DNA of 64,000 bases from a plasmid. Of the stretch, positions 18,093 to 27,300 are shown in pieces (position 1 is the stretch's first letter; each line of letters opens with the position of its first letter). Made by a program: the position numbers and the translations under genes. Under the pieces are notes generated by a model. The model did no database searches. It was given only the letters and a program-made list of their open reading frames with translations, and was not told where the DNA came from. Location of the stretch: the sequence record NZ_CP118109.1. The stretch is one strand, 5' to 3'.

Positions 18093-20002
18093 TCTTCATC
18101 CTCCGGTCTTTCGAATAGCATTCTTAATCTGAGACTATATACTGGATATTCTGATTCAATATAGCCGGTCTTTGTCGTAAGTGCTTGGCTCGACTTCTCT
18201 ACCTGCTGCACCGTATATATTTTAGGCGGCGCCTCTTCCCCACCACTGTTATACTCTTGATGCTCAAGCGGTGAAATCGGATACCACGTTGCACCATCGT
18301 CGATGGAGATAAAGTATTTAATCCATTTATACTCCGTTCCTGGCTGTGCATTTTCAATCATGAGGGGATTGTCTTCATTTACAGACAGCGTAATCTTCTC
18401 AAGCGGCTGTTCAAAGAAATAGGGCTCTGTGACGATCTCTCCGCTTTGTTCATACTCATAGGAATAAACGTTAATGTTTCGGATGCCGATAGCGTAGCGC
18501 CAGCCCTCGAAGCGCTCTGTGCCGATATCAATCGTCTGCTGTGTGATGCCTCTTGATAAAGAAGTTATGGCATCATCGAGCACTGGACTTGAAGCGTCTT
18601 CGCCTTGAAGCGGATAGTAGGCGCTAACAGACGAATCCTTTACGCTAACTTCAACACCGATATCTTGCAGTGCCATGAGCGGGCCTTCCACTCGGGGAAG
18701 ATAGCCTGGCTTAACCTGCTTGGTTGCGGTATTCATCGCATAGTCGATATCGCTTCCGGTTTGCTGATTCTGTTCATAGTACTCATGGCCAATATCGGTG
18801 TAGTACTTTGTCCGCTGCTCAAACAATACGGAAATGACTTTAGCTGTTCGCGGAGCAAAATGAAATACATAATCATCATCTTTTTTATTTGACCCGATTA
18901 CGGATTCTGGCATCCCGCTGCCGTCTGAAATAAGAATGTCTTTTACGATTGCTGTTCTTGCACCTTGGTTCGGCGGCGTATACATCTCAACATCAATCGC
19001 ATTTACGGTTGTCGCTTCATTTAGGATGATCTGCATATGAAGCTTCAACACACCATTCTCCGGATCTCTTGCCCAATTCAATCTTTGATTTCCATGCACC
19101 TGATAAGCGAAGCCTAGATTCTTGGCCACGTTCTGCTTATCATGATCTCGGATATTTACCAGCTCGTATTCGAACCATGTATCCGGGTTTCCATCAAGCA
19201 CGGATCCGTATGCGGCATGGTTGTTCTTACCGCCAACATACTGGTAGGTGTAGTCATTCTGAGTGTTTCCTCCGCTCACTGTTACCTCATGATTATTGCC
19301 AGGGAATCCGTTGGACTCCGTGCCAAGGATGAAGCTGTCGTAAGTCTTGTTTCCTGGAATGATTGTAACCTGCGCTACCTGACTTAAGTTGATACTATCC
19401 GTCTGCGGTAACGTCACAATGCCGTTCTCAATGCTGGCTGCTGTTCCGGTTGTGCGATCATAATCAATCTTATCGTTATTCAGAAAGTCATTGCGGTGGA
19501 ACGTGATCTTTCCGTTCGACTGCATATTAGAAGATAGAAGCTGCAGGTCTTTTAGCTTATCCTGTATCACCCCGAACTGGCTTTGCAGGATGCTGTGCTG
19601 TACCATGTTATGATTGAAATCCGTATACAGCGCTCTGCCGATCAGATCAATCTCCTGATACATAATCTCCATATCTTTTTTAATCTCATCCATCATGCTG
19701 TTGTAGTCTTCTGACCATGGCGGCCCGCCTTCGGGAGCAAGACGCAAGACCATCTGCGGTTGCCCTATCGAAGTGAAGAAACTCTCGAACGCTTGGAAGA
19801 CGGTCTGTATCAGCTTCGTATTTGTCTTAATGCTTCCATCATCGAATGCGGCTTTAGCTGCATCGAATTGTGCTTTCGCCTGCTCATACAGGAGCTGCGA
19901 ATTATTCTTAATAGGTTCACTCATCTCGCACCTCTTGATCATAAGTCTGACAACGAATGGACCAGCTATATACGGAAGGTGTAACGCTCTCGTAACCGGC
20001 AC
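18089..20002 (-). CDS. Structural protein, family A paralog 3 (about 611-637 aa): a helical N-terminus plus a discoidin-like domain (GSVLDGNPDTWFEYELV).
   Basis: The probable start is the ATG at about 19924 (MSEPIKNN), with the SD AGAGGTG. It forms an ATGAGTGA overlap with the stop of the 19917 ORF. The track start at 20002 is probably an over-extension. Confidence 0.5.
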   Translation of the reverse strand: MPVTRALHLPYIAGPFVVRLMIKRCEMSEPIKNNSQLLYEQAKAQFDAAKAAFDDGSIKTNTKLIQTVFQAFESFFTSIGQPQMVLRLAPEGGPPWSEDYNSMMDEIKKDMEIMYQEIDLIGRALYTDFNHNMVQHSILQSQFGVIQDKLKDLQLLSSNMQSNGKITFHRNDFLNNDKIDYDRTTGTAASIENGIVTLPQTDSINLSQVAQVTIIPGNKTYDSFILGTESNGFPGNNHEVTVSGGNTQNDYTYQYVGGKNNHAAYGSVLDGNPDTWFEYELVNIRDHDKQNVAKNLGFAYQVHGNQRLNWARDPENGVLKLHMQIILNEATTVNAIDVEMYTPPNQGARTAIVKDILISDGSGMPESVIGSNKKDDDYVFHFAPRTAKVISVLFEQRTKYYTDIGHEYYEQNQQTGSDIDYAMNTATKQVKPGYLPRVEGPLMALQDIGVEVSVKDSSVSAYYPLQGEDASSPVLDDAITSLSRGITQQTIDIGTERFEGWRYAIGIRNINVYSYEYEQSGEIVTEPYFFEQPLEKITLSVNEDNPLMIENAQPGTEYKWIKYFISIDDGATWYPISPLEHQEYNSGGEEAPPKIYTVQQVEKSSQALTTKTGYIESEYPVYSLRLRMLFERPEDEE

Positions 20003-22388
20003 TATTTCTACGCAGGATCGCTTTTAATCGAACGTCTGTTGTGAGGTAGTAATAGTCCACCACAATATCTTTCAGCTCTCCATCAAATGTGGAAATAGGG
20101 AAGTAAAGGGTGTTGCCAATTTGAGCAAAGTTCCTGCCGTCGTTCTCGTTTTGGAGCCGGTTCTTATCATAAGTGCCACTAGCATAGTCTGTGATATTCT
20201 TGTACTCTGCTCCGCCAACCCGGACGATAACCGGATAATAAAGCTTATCCATGCTGAGCTGACTGCTGTCTTGTGTGTAGCGGTCATTCTGTGAGTCATA
20301 ATTGAAGATTTCACTCCGGTAAACGTAAGGGGTATGCTGCAACGTGATCGTGTTGTTTGCATTCACGCCGTTGAAGTATTCACCTGTTTCCCCTTGTAGG
20401 TTGATGTATTGCATTGGCTGCACAGTCTCTGCATCCACGTCAACGTAATAAGCCTCGCTTACTGGCTTGTAATCTACAGTGTAGATACTGGAAGCAGAAT
20501 AGAATGATTGTCTGATCCCTATTCTCTTTCCATCATCCGTAATGACATATTGATCACCACCGATTGGCACGCCATCCCTCCGGACAGCAACCGTATCTTT
20601 GGAGATAACGGGGAAACGGAAGCTGAAGTTAATGGTGTTCTGCAGGAGATAATCATCGCCCCCAACTGAGCTGCCTAGTAGGAGTTCACCTCTCACATAA
20701 TCCTTGTCAGCCGGCATAATAGGATGCCATGCAGTTGGTTCCGGATTCTTTTTGTAGCTGATGTAGTACTCAACATCCGTGATCCGTGCCTTATCCCCAT
20801 TCTCTAAATCCATATCATGATGCTTCTCCTCTGTAACAAGGGACATGCGTTTCACATTTCCGGACACGGGCAGTCCCTGAGACACGTAGATTGATCTTTG
20901 TAAATACTTCCGCCCGGTAATACTGACATTGTATAAGCCATAAAGATAGGATAGCTTGTTGGCTGCAATATATTGCTGACTCAGTGTGCCTTCATCCACT
21001 GTAGCTTGATTCGTATTTGCACTGATCGAACGCAGAGCAAGCATCATAGGGTTTTGATAGTTACCCATTCTGACCTGCTCCATGGCTGACTTGGCAGCAC
21101 TTAGAACAGACTTCGCTTTGTCGCCCTGCTTTTCAGCCCACTCTTGAAGCGCTGTGAGATATTGGCTCCAGCCTGTAAGCTGATTCTTCTTATCGAACTC
21201 AGCAATGGTTTCCCCTGGCTCCCGTTGATCGGCAATAGCATCGGTGCCGAGCTGCATAAGTTCTGCGGAACCTGCAATTTTATTCCACAGCTCCATGTTG
21301 TTCTGCTCATCTACATTCACCAGATAGTTTTCTTTTACGTAATTCTCTTGGCGAAGCAGGATACGAATCTTGGCCACATCGACCGATGGGAATTGGAATG
21401 TCATCTGTCCTACAGACTTCTTGCTTCGCTGATGCGGATTCTCATGATTAGGCGTAACGAGTTTGTAAGTCTTCCCTGCGTAATCGGAAGATTCATATCC
21501 ATGAATGGCCACAATCTCAAGAGGATAAGAAGCATACGGATCAAGGCTAATCTCAGATACGGTCGTAATACCGTTCAGCCTAATTTCAAGCTCACACATT
21601 GCCCCATCCATCTCATAGCCTTCATAGTCATGTGTCCACAGATCACTGATATTTTGCGTAATCACATCATCGGCCAGAATGACTTCTGCCCAGAAGGTTT
21701 CTTGCGAACCATCTATGGCATTAGATATTGGATGATTATTATTTGTGGCCACTGTTCCGATCCGGTTCAACACCTGAATCGATGCCAGCTTTCTTCCATA
21801 GGGATTCTTAAGCTGGTCTATCGTTTCGAATGAAGCAAGCTGTAGTGAGTCACTGACAATCTCAGCACTGTATTTGTTATTTAGATATTGGCCATAGCGA
21901 TCTTTTCTGAGAATTGCAAGCGATGATTCGCTAGTTTCAGTATACTGGGGAGCTTTGAATTGCTCATGAACCCCTTCCACAAATCCATCGGTATTCTTCA
22001 TAATCAGTGCTTGCTTTTCAACCTCTGCATTAAGTGCATATATCTTCTTCCGAATATCGGAAAGCATTGATCGTGACAACCGTTGATTATCATCCATTAA
22101 GCTATCGATCTGATTAGAAGCTTCAAATAATGTGGATAGATCAAAGGCGATCTCTTCAAGGTTGCTGTTATAACTTTTGGAATCTGTTTTGCCGGTTTGG
22201 TGCCGGCCTTGGAAAGTCGGCGTTGCATTTACTGAATCTAATACCTTAAGCAATCGTTCAAGCTCAGCTTGAAACTCGGTATCACTCTTGATATATCCCT
22301 CTCTTTGCTTTAGCTCCAGAAGCTCCATAAGCTTTTGCTTTTGAGTCTGCGGCAGTGTAGAAAGGAATTGATCTAAATAGTTACTCAT
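19917..22388 (-). CDS. Structural protein, family A paralog 4 (823 aa): a coiled-coil N-terminus plus a discoidin-like domain (ISNAIDGSQETFWAEV).
   Basis: Long ORF whose start abuts the stop of the 22391 ORF. Shares domain pattern with the other family A members. Confidence 0.5.
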   Translation of the reverse strand: MSNYLDQFLSTLPQTQKQKLMELLELKQREGYIKSDTEFQAELERLLKVLDSVNATPTFQGRHQTGKTDSKSYNSNLEEIAFDLSTLFEASNQIDSLMDDNQRLSRSMLSDIRKKIYALNAEVEKQALIMKNTDGFVEGVHEQFKAPQYTETSESSLAILRKDRYGQYLNNKYSAEIVSDSLQLASFETIDQLKNPYGRKLASIQVLNRIGTVATNNNHPISNAIDGSQETFWAEVILADDVITQNISDLWTHDYEGYEMDGAMCELEIRLNGITTVSEISLDPYASYPLEIVAIHGYESSDYAGKTYKLVTPNHENPHQRSKKSVGQMTFQFPSVDVAKIRILLRQENYVKENYLVNVDEQNNMELWNKIAGSAELMQLGTDAIADQREPGETIAEFDKKNQLTGWSQYLTALQEWAEKQGDKAKSVLSAAKSAMEQVRMGNYQNPMMLALRSISANTNQATVDEGTLSQQYIAANKLSYLYGLYNVSITGRKYLQRSIYVSQGLPVSGNVKRMSLVTEEKHHDMDLENGDKARITDVEYYISYKKNPEPTAWHPIMPADKDYVRGELLLGSSVGGDDYLLQNTINFSFRFPVISKDTVAVRRDGVPIGGDQYVITDDGKRIGIRQSFYSASSIYTVDYKPVSEAYYVDVDAETVQPMQYINLQGETGEYFNGVNANNTITLQHTPYVYRSEIFNYDSQNDRYTQDSSQLSMDKLYYPVIVRVGGAEYKNITDYASGTYDKNRLQNENDGRNFAQIGNTLYFPISTFDGELKDIVVDYYYLTTDVRLKAILRRNSAGYESVTPSVYSWSIRCQTYDQEVRDE

Positions 22389-22390
22389 CT

Positions 22391-22726
22391 TTATTGTCCG
22401 CTCCTTGGTTTAGATGGTCGCCATCCAGGTGGTGGCGGTTTAATAGTGCGACTATCCAAATAATCTATATAGCAATTTTCACAGAACGGACCTGACACGA
22501 ATCCTCTACTACTTTCGTGGTTCCAAGACAATGTATTTGCCCAATGTGATTTTTTGCAAGTTTTGCACTTCCAGAAGCCAAGCATCCAAAAGAGTAGTTT
22601 ATAAATAATGACACCAGCCAAAACTACCACTCCTATATTCCAAGAGAACAATAGCCAAAACAGTGGGACCCTAGTCAAAGCGTTTAACATGCCTCTCCTC
22701 CTTTCGTATGTAAAGACAGCCTGCAA
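22391..22726 (-). CDS. Small membrane-anchored protein with a C-terminal Cys4 zinc-ribbon-like motif (CKTC...CENC) and a Pro-rich tail.
   Basis: About 30 residues of continuous hydrophobic sequence (LFWLLFSWNIGVVVLAGVIIYKLLFWMLGFW), then C-x2-C ... C-x2-C. Embedded in the late operon. Confidence 0.4.
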   Translation of the reverse strand: MQAVFTYERRRGMLNALTRVPLFWLLFSWNIGVVVLAGVIIYKLLFWMLGFWKCKTCKKSHWANTLSWNHESSRGFVSGPFCENCYIDYLDSRTIKPPPPGWRPSKPRSGQ

Positions 22727-22733
22727 GCTGCCT

Positions 22734-23177
22734 TCAATAAATCTCTATAATGATGTGCGCGTATTTTCCAGCATACGTTTTCAGGATCGATTCAATATCG
22801 TGGTTGCCGATAGTAAAGTTTTCAACTGAATACCCTTCGATCGTATATTCCGAATACCCATACCATTCCGTATAGATATCAAGCTCACCGATCGACATCA
22901 TAATCTGTTTTTCTTCTGCTTCTTCGAGTGAGACTTCTTTGTCACTCAGATGAAATCGAAGGAAAACGTTGGGTAGAGAAACGGACATATCCGTATGGTA
23001 ATCATTTGTTTGGTGTTTGGATTCGTCGTTTCCGGATATCTGAGAAGCAATCGCTCGGCCGATACTTTCATAAGTGCCATCAAATTTCATCCCGTCTTCG
23101 TGATTGTTTAAATATCCTCGCAGGTGTATTCGCTTCTGAATTGTATCTTTCTGGTATCGGCTCATCAACTCGGTCAT
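22734..23177 (-). CDS. Hypothetical 147-aa acidic protein.
   Basis: ORF in the operon whose start overlaps the stop of the upstream gene. No recognisable motif. Confidence 0.4.
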   Translation of the reverse strand: MTELMSRYQKDTIQKRIHLRGYLNNHEDGMKFDGTYESIGRAIASQISGNDESKHQTNDYHTDMSVSLPNVFLRFHLSDKEVSLEEAEEKQIMMSIGELDIYTEWYGYSEYTIEGYSVENFTIGNHDIESILKTYAGKYAHIIIEIY

Positions 23178-24232
23178 TTAGAAATAATCCCCTCAGCTCC
23201 ATCATACGGTTCGAACTCATTGGTTTCTGGATTTAACTTTTCCAGAACAAAGTGCTTCAAGTTCGGATGATCATTGTAGCTGAACATAGCATGAACATTG
23301 CCGTTTTGAACATCTACCTGCAAACCTTTAGGTGTGATGCTCTCCAACAAGATATCCTTGCGGTTACGCATAATGCTGTGGTCTACTGTCCAGTTCGTCC
23401 CCTTCATGTAGCGGACGTCTGTAAGGATTTCGGTTACGATCGATTCCACTTTCTGAACGAATGTCAGGGTCGGACTAGACTTCGATAGCATCATCTGCAG
23501 CGTATAATACAGGAAGTCTTCTGGTACATCATTGAAATTTAAGCGTGCTGGATAGATCAGCGTGACCGGCACTTTAGGAGATTCGGAAAGAATAATCAGC
23601 CCACTCTCATAGACGGTTCCAGTGATGGCTTCCTGATTTGTCCCAAGCACAACTCGATCTCCACTGGCATCAAGTACTGTCAAATCCCCTCTGACATACT
23701 CCACGCCTTCTTGCGGCTCAAGCTGAACCTCATAATGATTTAATGGGTTGATTGTCTTATGACTGAAAGGAAGGATGATTTCTTTTTGAGCAAACTCTAC
23801 TCCTTCTTGAGCCATATCCTGAACTTGCCTAATGCGGTAGTCCAGTTTTAATCCATCATGAATTGCACTGTCCACGCCGGCTATCGCATTGTTGATTTCA
23901 TCTTGAATGTAAGAGTCAATCTCAACGCCTTTGCCTGGCGCATTCTCGGCAATCTCAATGACTTGTGCTTTCAGATCATCCAGCAGTTTTTTAAGGCGCT
24001 GCCCTTTAGCCGCAACGACACCGTAAGTTGCCGTATTAAGCTCTGCTAGTGCATCCTCTGCTTTAACGATTGCAGTGATAGCATTCGTGCGGTTGAGGTT
24101 GATCTGAGGCAGGGCATTTAGAATTTGGGTTTTATTATTCTCCCAATCTAAAAGGTCCTGATCTAAGTTATTAATCCTCGATTCAAGATCATTCACAAAC
24201 TGCACGATATTCCTTGTATCTGTGATTGGCAT
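23174..24232 (-). CDS. Hypothetical 352-aa structural protein with an N-terminal coiled coil.
   Basis: ATG at 24232 preceded by AAGGAGGAAAAGGT. Heptad-like N-terminus. Confidence 0.45.
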   Translation of the reverse strand: MPITDTRNIVQFVNDLESRINNLDQDLLDWENNKTQILNALPQINLNRTNAITAIVKAEDALAELNTATYGVVAAKGQRLKKLLDDLKAQVIEIAENAPGKGVEIDSYIQDEINNAIAGVDSAIHDGLKLDYRIRQVQDMAQEGVEFAQKEIILPFSHKTINPLNHYEVQLEPQEGVEYVRGDLTVLDASGDRVVLGTNQEAITGTVYESGLIILSESPKVPVTLIYPARLNFNDVPEDFLYYTLQMMLSKSSPTLTFVQKVESIVTEILTDVRYMKGTNWTVDHSIMRNRKDILLESITPKGLQVDVQNGNVHAMFSYNDHPNLKHFVLEKLNPETNEFEPYDGAEGIISK

Positions 24233-24246
24233 ACCTTTTCCTCCTT

Positions 24247-24278
24247 ATAAAAAACAGCCCGCAGTATATGCGAGCTGC
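24247..24278 (-). terminator. Candidate partial intrinsic terminator or attenuator between the 1723-aa gene and the downstream genes.
   Basis: An interrupted GC-rich hairpin (CAGC...CGCA-TATAC-TGCG...GCTG) on the minus strand is followed by UUUUUU and then immediately the RBS AAGGAGG of the next gene. Confidence 0.35.
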
Positions 24279-24304
24279 TGTGTATTATCATATCATGTAA
24301 CGCA

Positions 24305-27300
24305 TTACAATTCTATAAATTCCACTCCATCTATTTCCGTAAATTTCGGGAACATCTTAACATAGTCTACAAGAATGCCACCTTTAGCCTCCTTGCTGTT
24401 CACCTGAATAATAATGGAATCAACATTGCCGTCATTCATAATGTCAGCCGTATAGATCATCCAATCTTCGCTGTTGATTGTGGCCATCGGCACTTCTGCC
24501 GTTTCTCCGTTTCGATATGCATACCGAATGACAGCTGCTGAACGATCCTCCGCCTTAGACATCTTCTTCGCTTTGATATCCAAAGTGTAGTCGCTGTATT
24601 CCAGATTGGCTGTGGAGAGCAGGATGCCGTATACGCCTCCCTCTGCAATTTGAAGGATAGAGTTATCGCCAGTACCGAGATCTTGCTGATTAATGAAGTA
24701 TAATCCGCTTGATAGATTCGCATTATATTCATTCAGGTGCTTGCCGTAAAGGAACTCCGGATTGCCAAGCACGTTAAGATCGGTTGGTTGCGGATCGTAA
24801 TACTCAATGATCGGCAGGATTCCGTATCCTTTATGCTTCGCTACAGCTGCTTGCACTTCAGCTTCACTAAATCCGTTTGGATTATTTGGAGTGGCTAGGA
24901 TACTGCGTGGGAGCCGAACAATAATGACTCCATTTTCCTGATATGCTTCTCCATCAAAGTATCCGATATCCCAATGGTAAAGTGATTCTTTATTTACCTT
25001 GGCAATGACCGCTTTAGATAATGCTTCATCCAGACCGCCGCCTCTTGTCCGGGTGTCCATAATGACCACATCTTTCTTAAGGCTGGAGTTGGCTTGGACT
25101 GTTACCTTCCCTAGTCGAAGCATGGATGGGTCATAGTTATAATCATCTGGCTCAAACCAGTAGCCGTCATCCGTATGGAAGATCGCTTGATTACGAGTTG
25201 TACCACTAATGAGCTGAGGTCCTGATTCCTCTTGTATCCAGATGGATGTGGGTCTTAGATAGACGTGCATTTGTCTAACTAATAACTCATTGCTTTGCTT
25301 CTCGGTCGTTGTGTACGATTCGCGCAGCGTCACATCTCCTGGAACCCATTCATGGAATCCATCTTGTGCCATCGTAAATCGGTGTCCTGGACTTGGGTTT
25401 AAATCCAGATGGAAGAACTCTCCGCTTCGATTGTATCCGCGGTACGTGTACCAATCTTCTACATAAGCATATCTCACAATCACTTCGTCCTGATCTCGAA
25501 TCCTATCGTGAAGATAAATGATACCTTTTTTCGCATCGATGTCGGAAACTCTTAGCTTACGAGACTGATTCATTCGGATCGCTTCGACTTCGAGATAGCT
25601 TACGCCAGCTTCGGATGCCATCGCAATTGGCGTGAATCCAACTTGAATCGCTTTATCATTAAGAATAACAGGATGCTCTCGATCAATCAGAATGACCGGC
25701 TCATTGTAGAACTCTTGGTTCGTATATTCCGGTACCGTATAATCCATGATGATTTCTTTTCGTTCTTCCGGATTCATCGGAGCGTAGGGAATCAGTTCTG
25801 GATAGTATACATAGAGCTGCGGCACTTTTTCACCAGCCTCATAATAAGGAAGGACGTATCGCTTCTTCACTCTGCCGTTCTTCACCCGTACATACCAGTT
25901 GTCGATCTCCGTGTTATCTCGCTCAACCTTTGGCTTCTCCATTTCGATCTTTTTATCATCATCAATCTTGATGGCCAGCACCGGTACTGACTCCAGCTCT
26001 TCGAAAGTTGTCCACGCTACAAGGTCAGCTGTAAGCCCTTCGATCACATTTTTTGTTCCCGGCTGCAGGATGTTTTTCATACGCATCCGGTTAACGCCTC
26101 GGTTTGCCTGATCCACCTCGAAGTATTCTCGGTTCTGCCAGTTGTAATGCCAGCGATAGTTCACTCGGTTCTCCCGATTGTTGCCTGCTGCATCCCCTCG
26201 CTCGATACGCAGAAGCAATTCATTTGCAGGAACGCTGGATGGAATGTTTAATTTCTCGAGGATGTTTCCTGTCCCGAAAAGAAGGCCCATTGATTTCATG
26301 CCTTCCTGCTTATAAATCTTATCTGTCCCTTCGAGTGGCAAGGTGAGTGGTGCTCCAATCGCAATGATCGGCGGCACATCAACCTCAGCAGAAACAGAGT
26401 TGTCACCGTTAATTCGAATACTTACGCCTTCACCGCTTGTTGCCCATATTCGATTCCAAGAGAAGTTCTGAATCTCAATCGGTATATTATCCTTTGTTAG
26501 CATTGGCGGGGTGAGTGTTACATTCATGACGCCGTCAGCCCTCATGACCGCCTTACCTGTGCCGGTAATATTCTTACGATTATCACTGGTTAGCCAAGGG
26601 GTGCTTAATGTCCCTCCTGCCTGGCTGCTGTTCGTAACTGCCCAAATGTAGCCATCGTTTCGAACCTCAGCCCGAAGGTCTACCGGATCACCGACAACAC
26701 TTGGAGTCGTAACAGTATAAGGCATACCATCACCATAGGTGTCTTTCATATATTGCTCAATGAGTGGTGTTAAGATATCGGCCGGCTTCTTGTCGGACAC
26801 CTTAACCCAATCGTTACTAGTCAGCGTCACGTTCTCCCAATCTGTACAGAGTTCGTGAACATCCAGCTCTGTGAATTTCAACTTAGACCATAGTGCATTC
26901 TCTTGAGAGATATTACAGATTCCATAAGAGCCTTTACTATAGGTGCTGTCTTCAGCTTCACATACCAATGTTCCTAATGCATCATCGGAAGTATCGTTAC
27001 CGATGTAGACCTGAAACTTACTACCGGCAACCACGACGCGAATCTTATATGTCTCCCCCGGCACCCATCCCTTTGCATTGTAGTTTACGTTGCTCGTAAT
27101 GTTCTCAAAGGATGTTTCTGTTCGATCTGATTTGTACTGGCAGTTTGGATGTAAAGCATCAGAGTAAGGCGGCAATGTTGTTGGACTGGCTTTGAATATC
27201 CCCTTCTTGCGGTTTTTAAATCCGTAGTCTGACATGTACTTTGTCATATTCGTTTCAGCTTCATAAGCGCTGTTAAATTTATTAGGGTCTGGATTCTTGT

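Noticed and set aside
21144-21833. 229-aa plus-strand ORF, along with many other plus-strand ORFs in the track (for example 2598-3362, 36034-36525, 25643-25990, 58301-58699).
   Set aside because: All lie antisense inside long, well-supported minus-strand genes. They lack RBS, are Cys/Leu/Ile/Arg-rich in a non-protein-like way, and show no coupling to neighbours. They are treated as spurious antisense frames.
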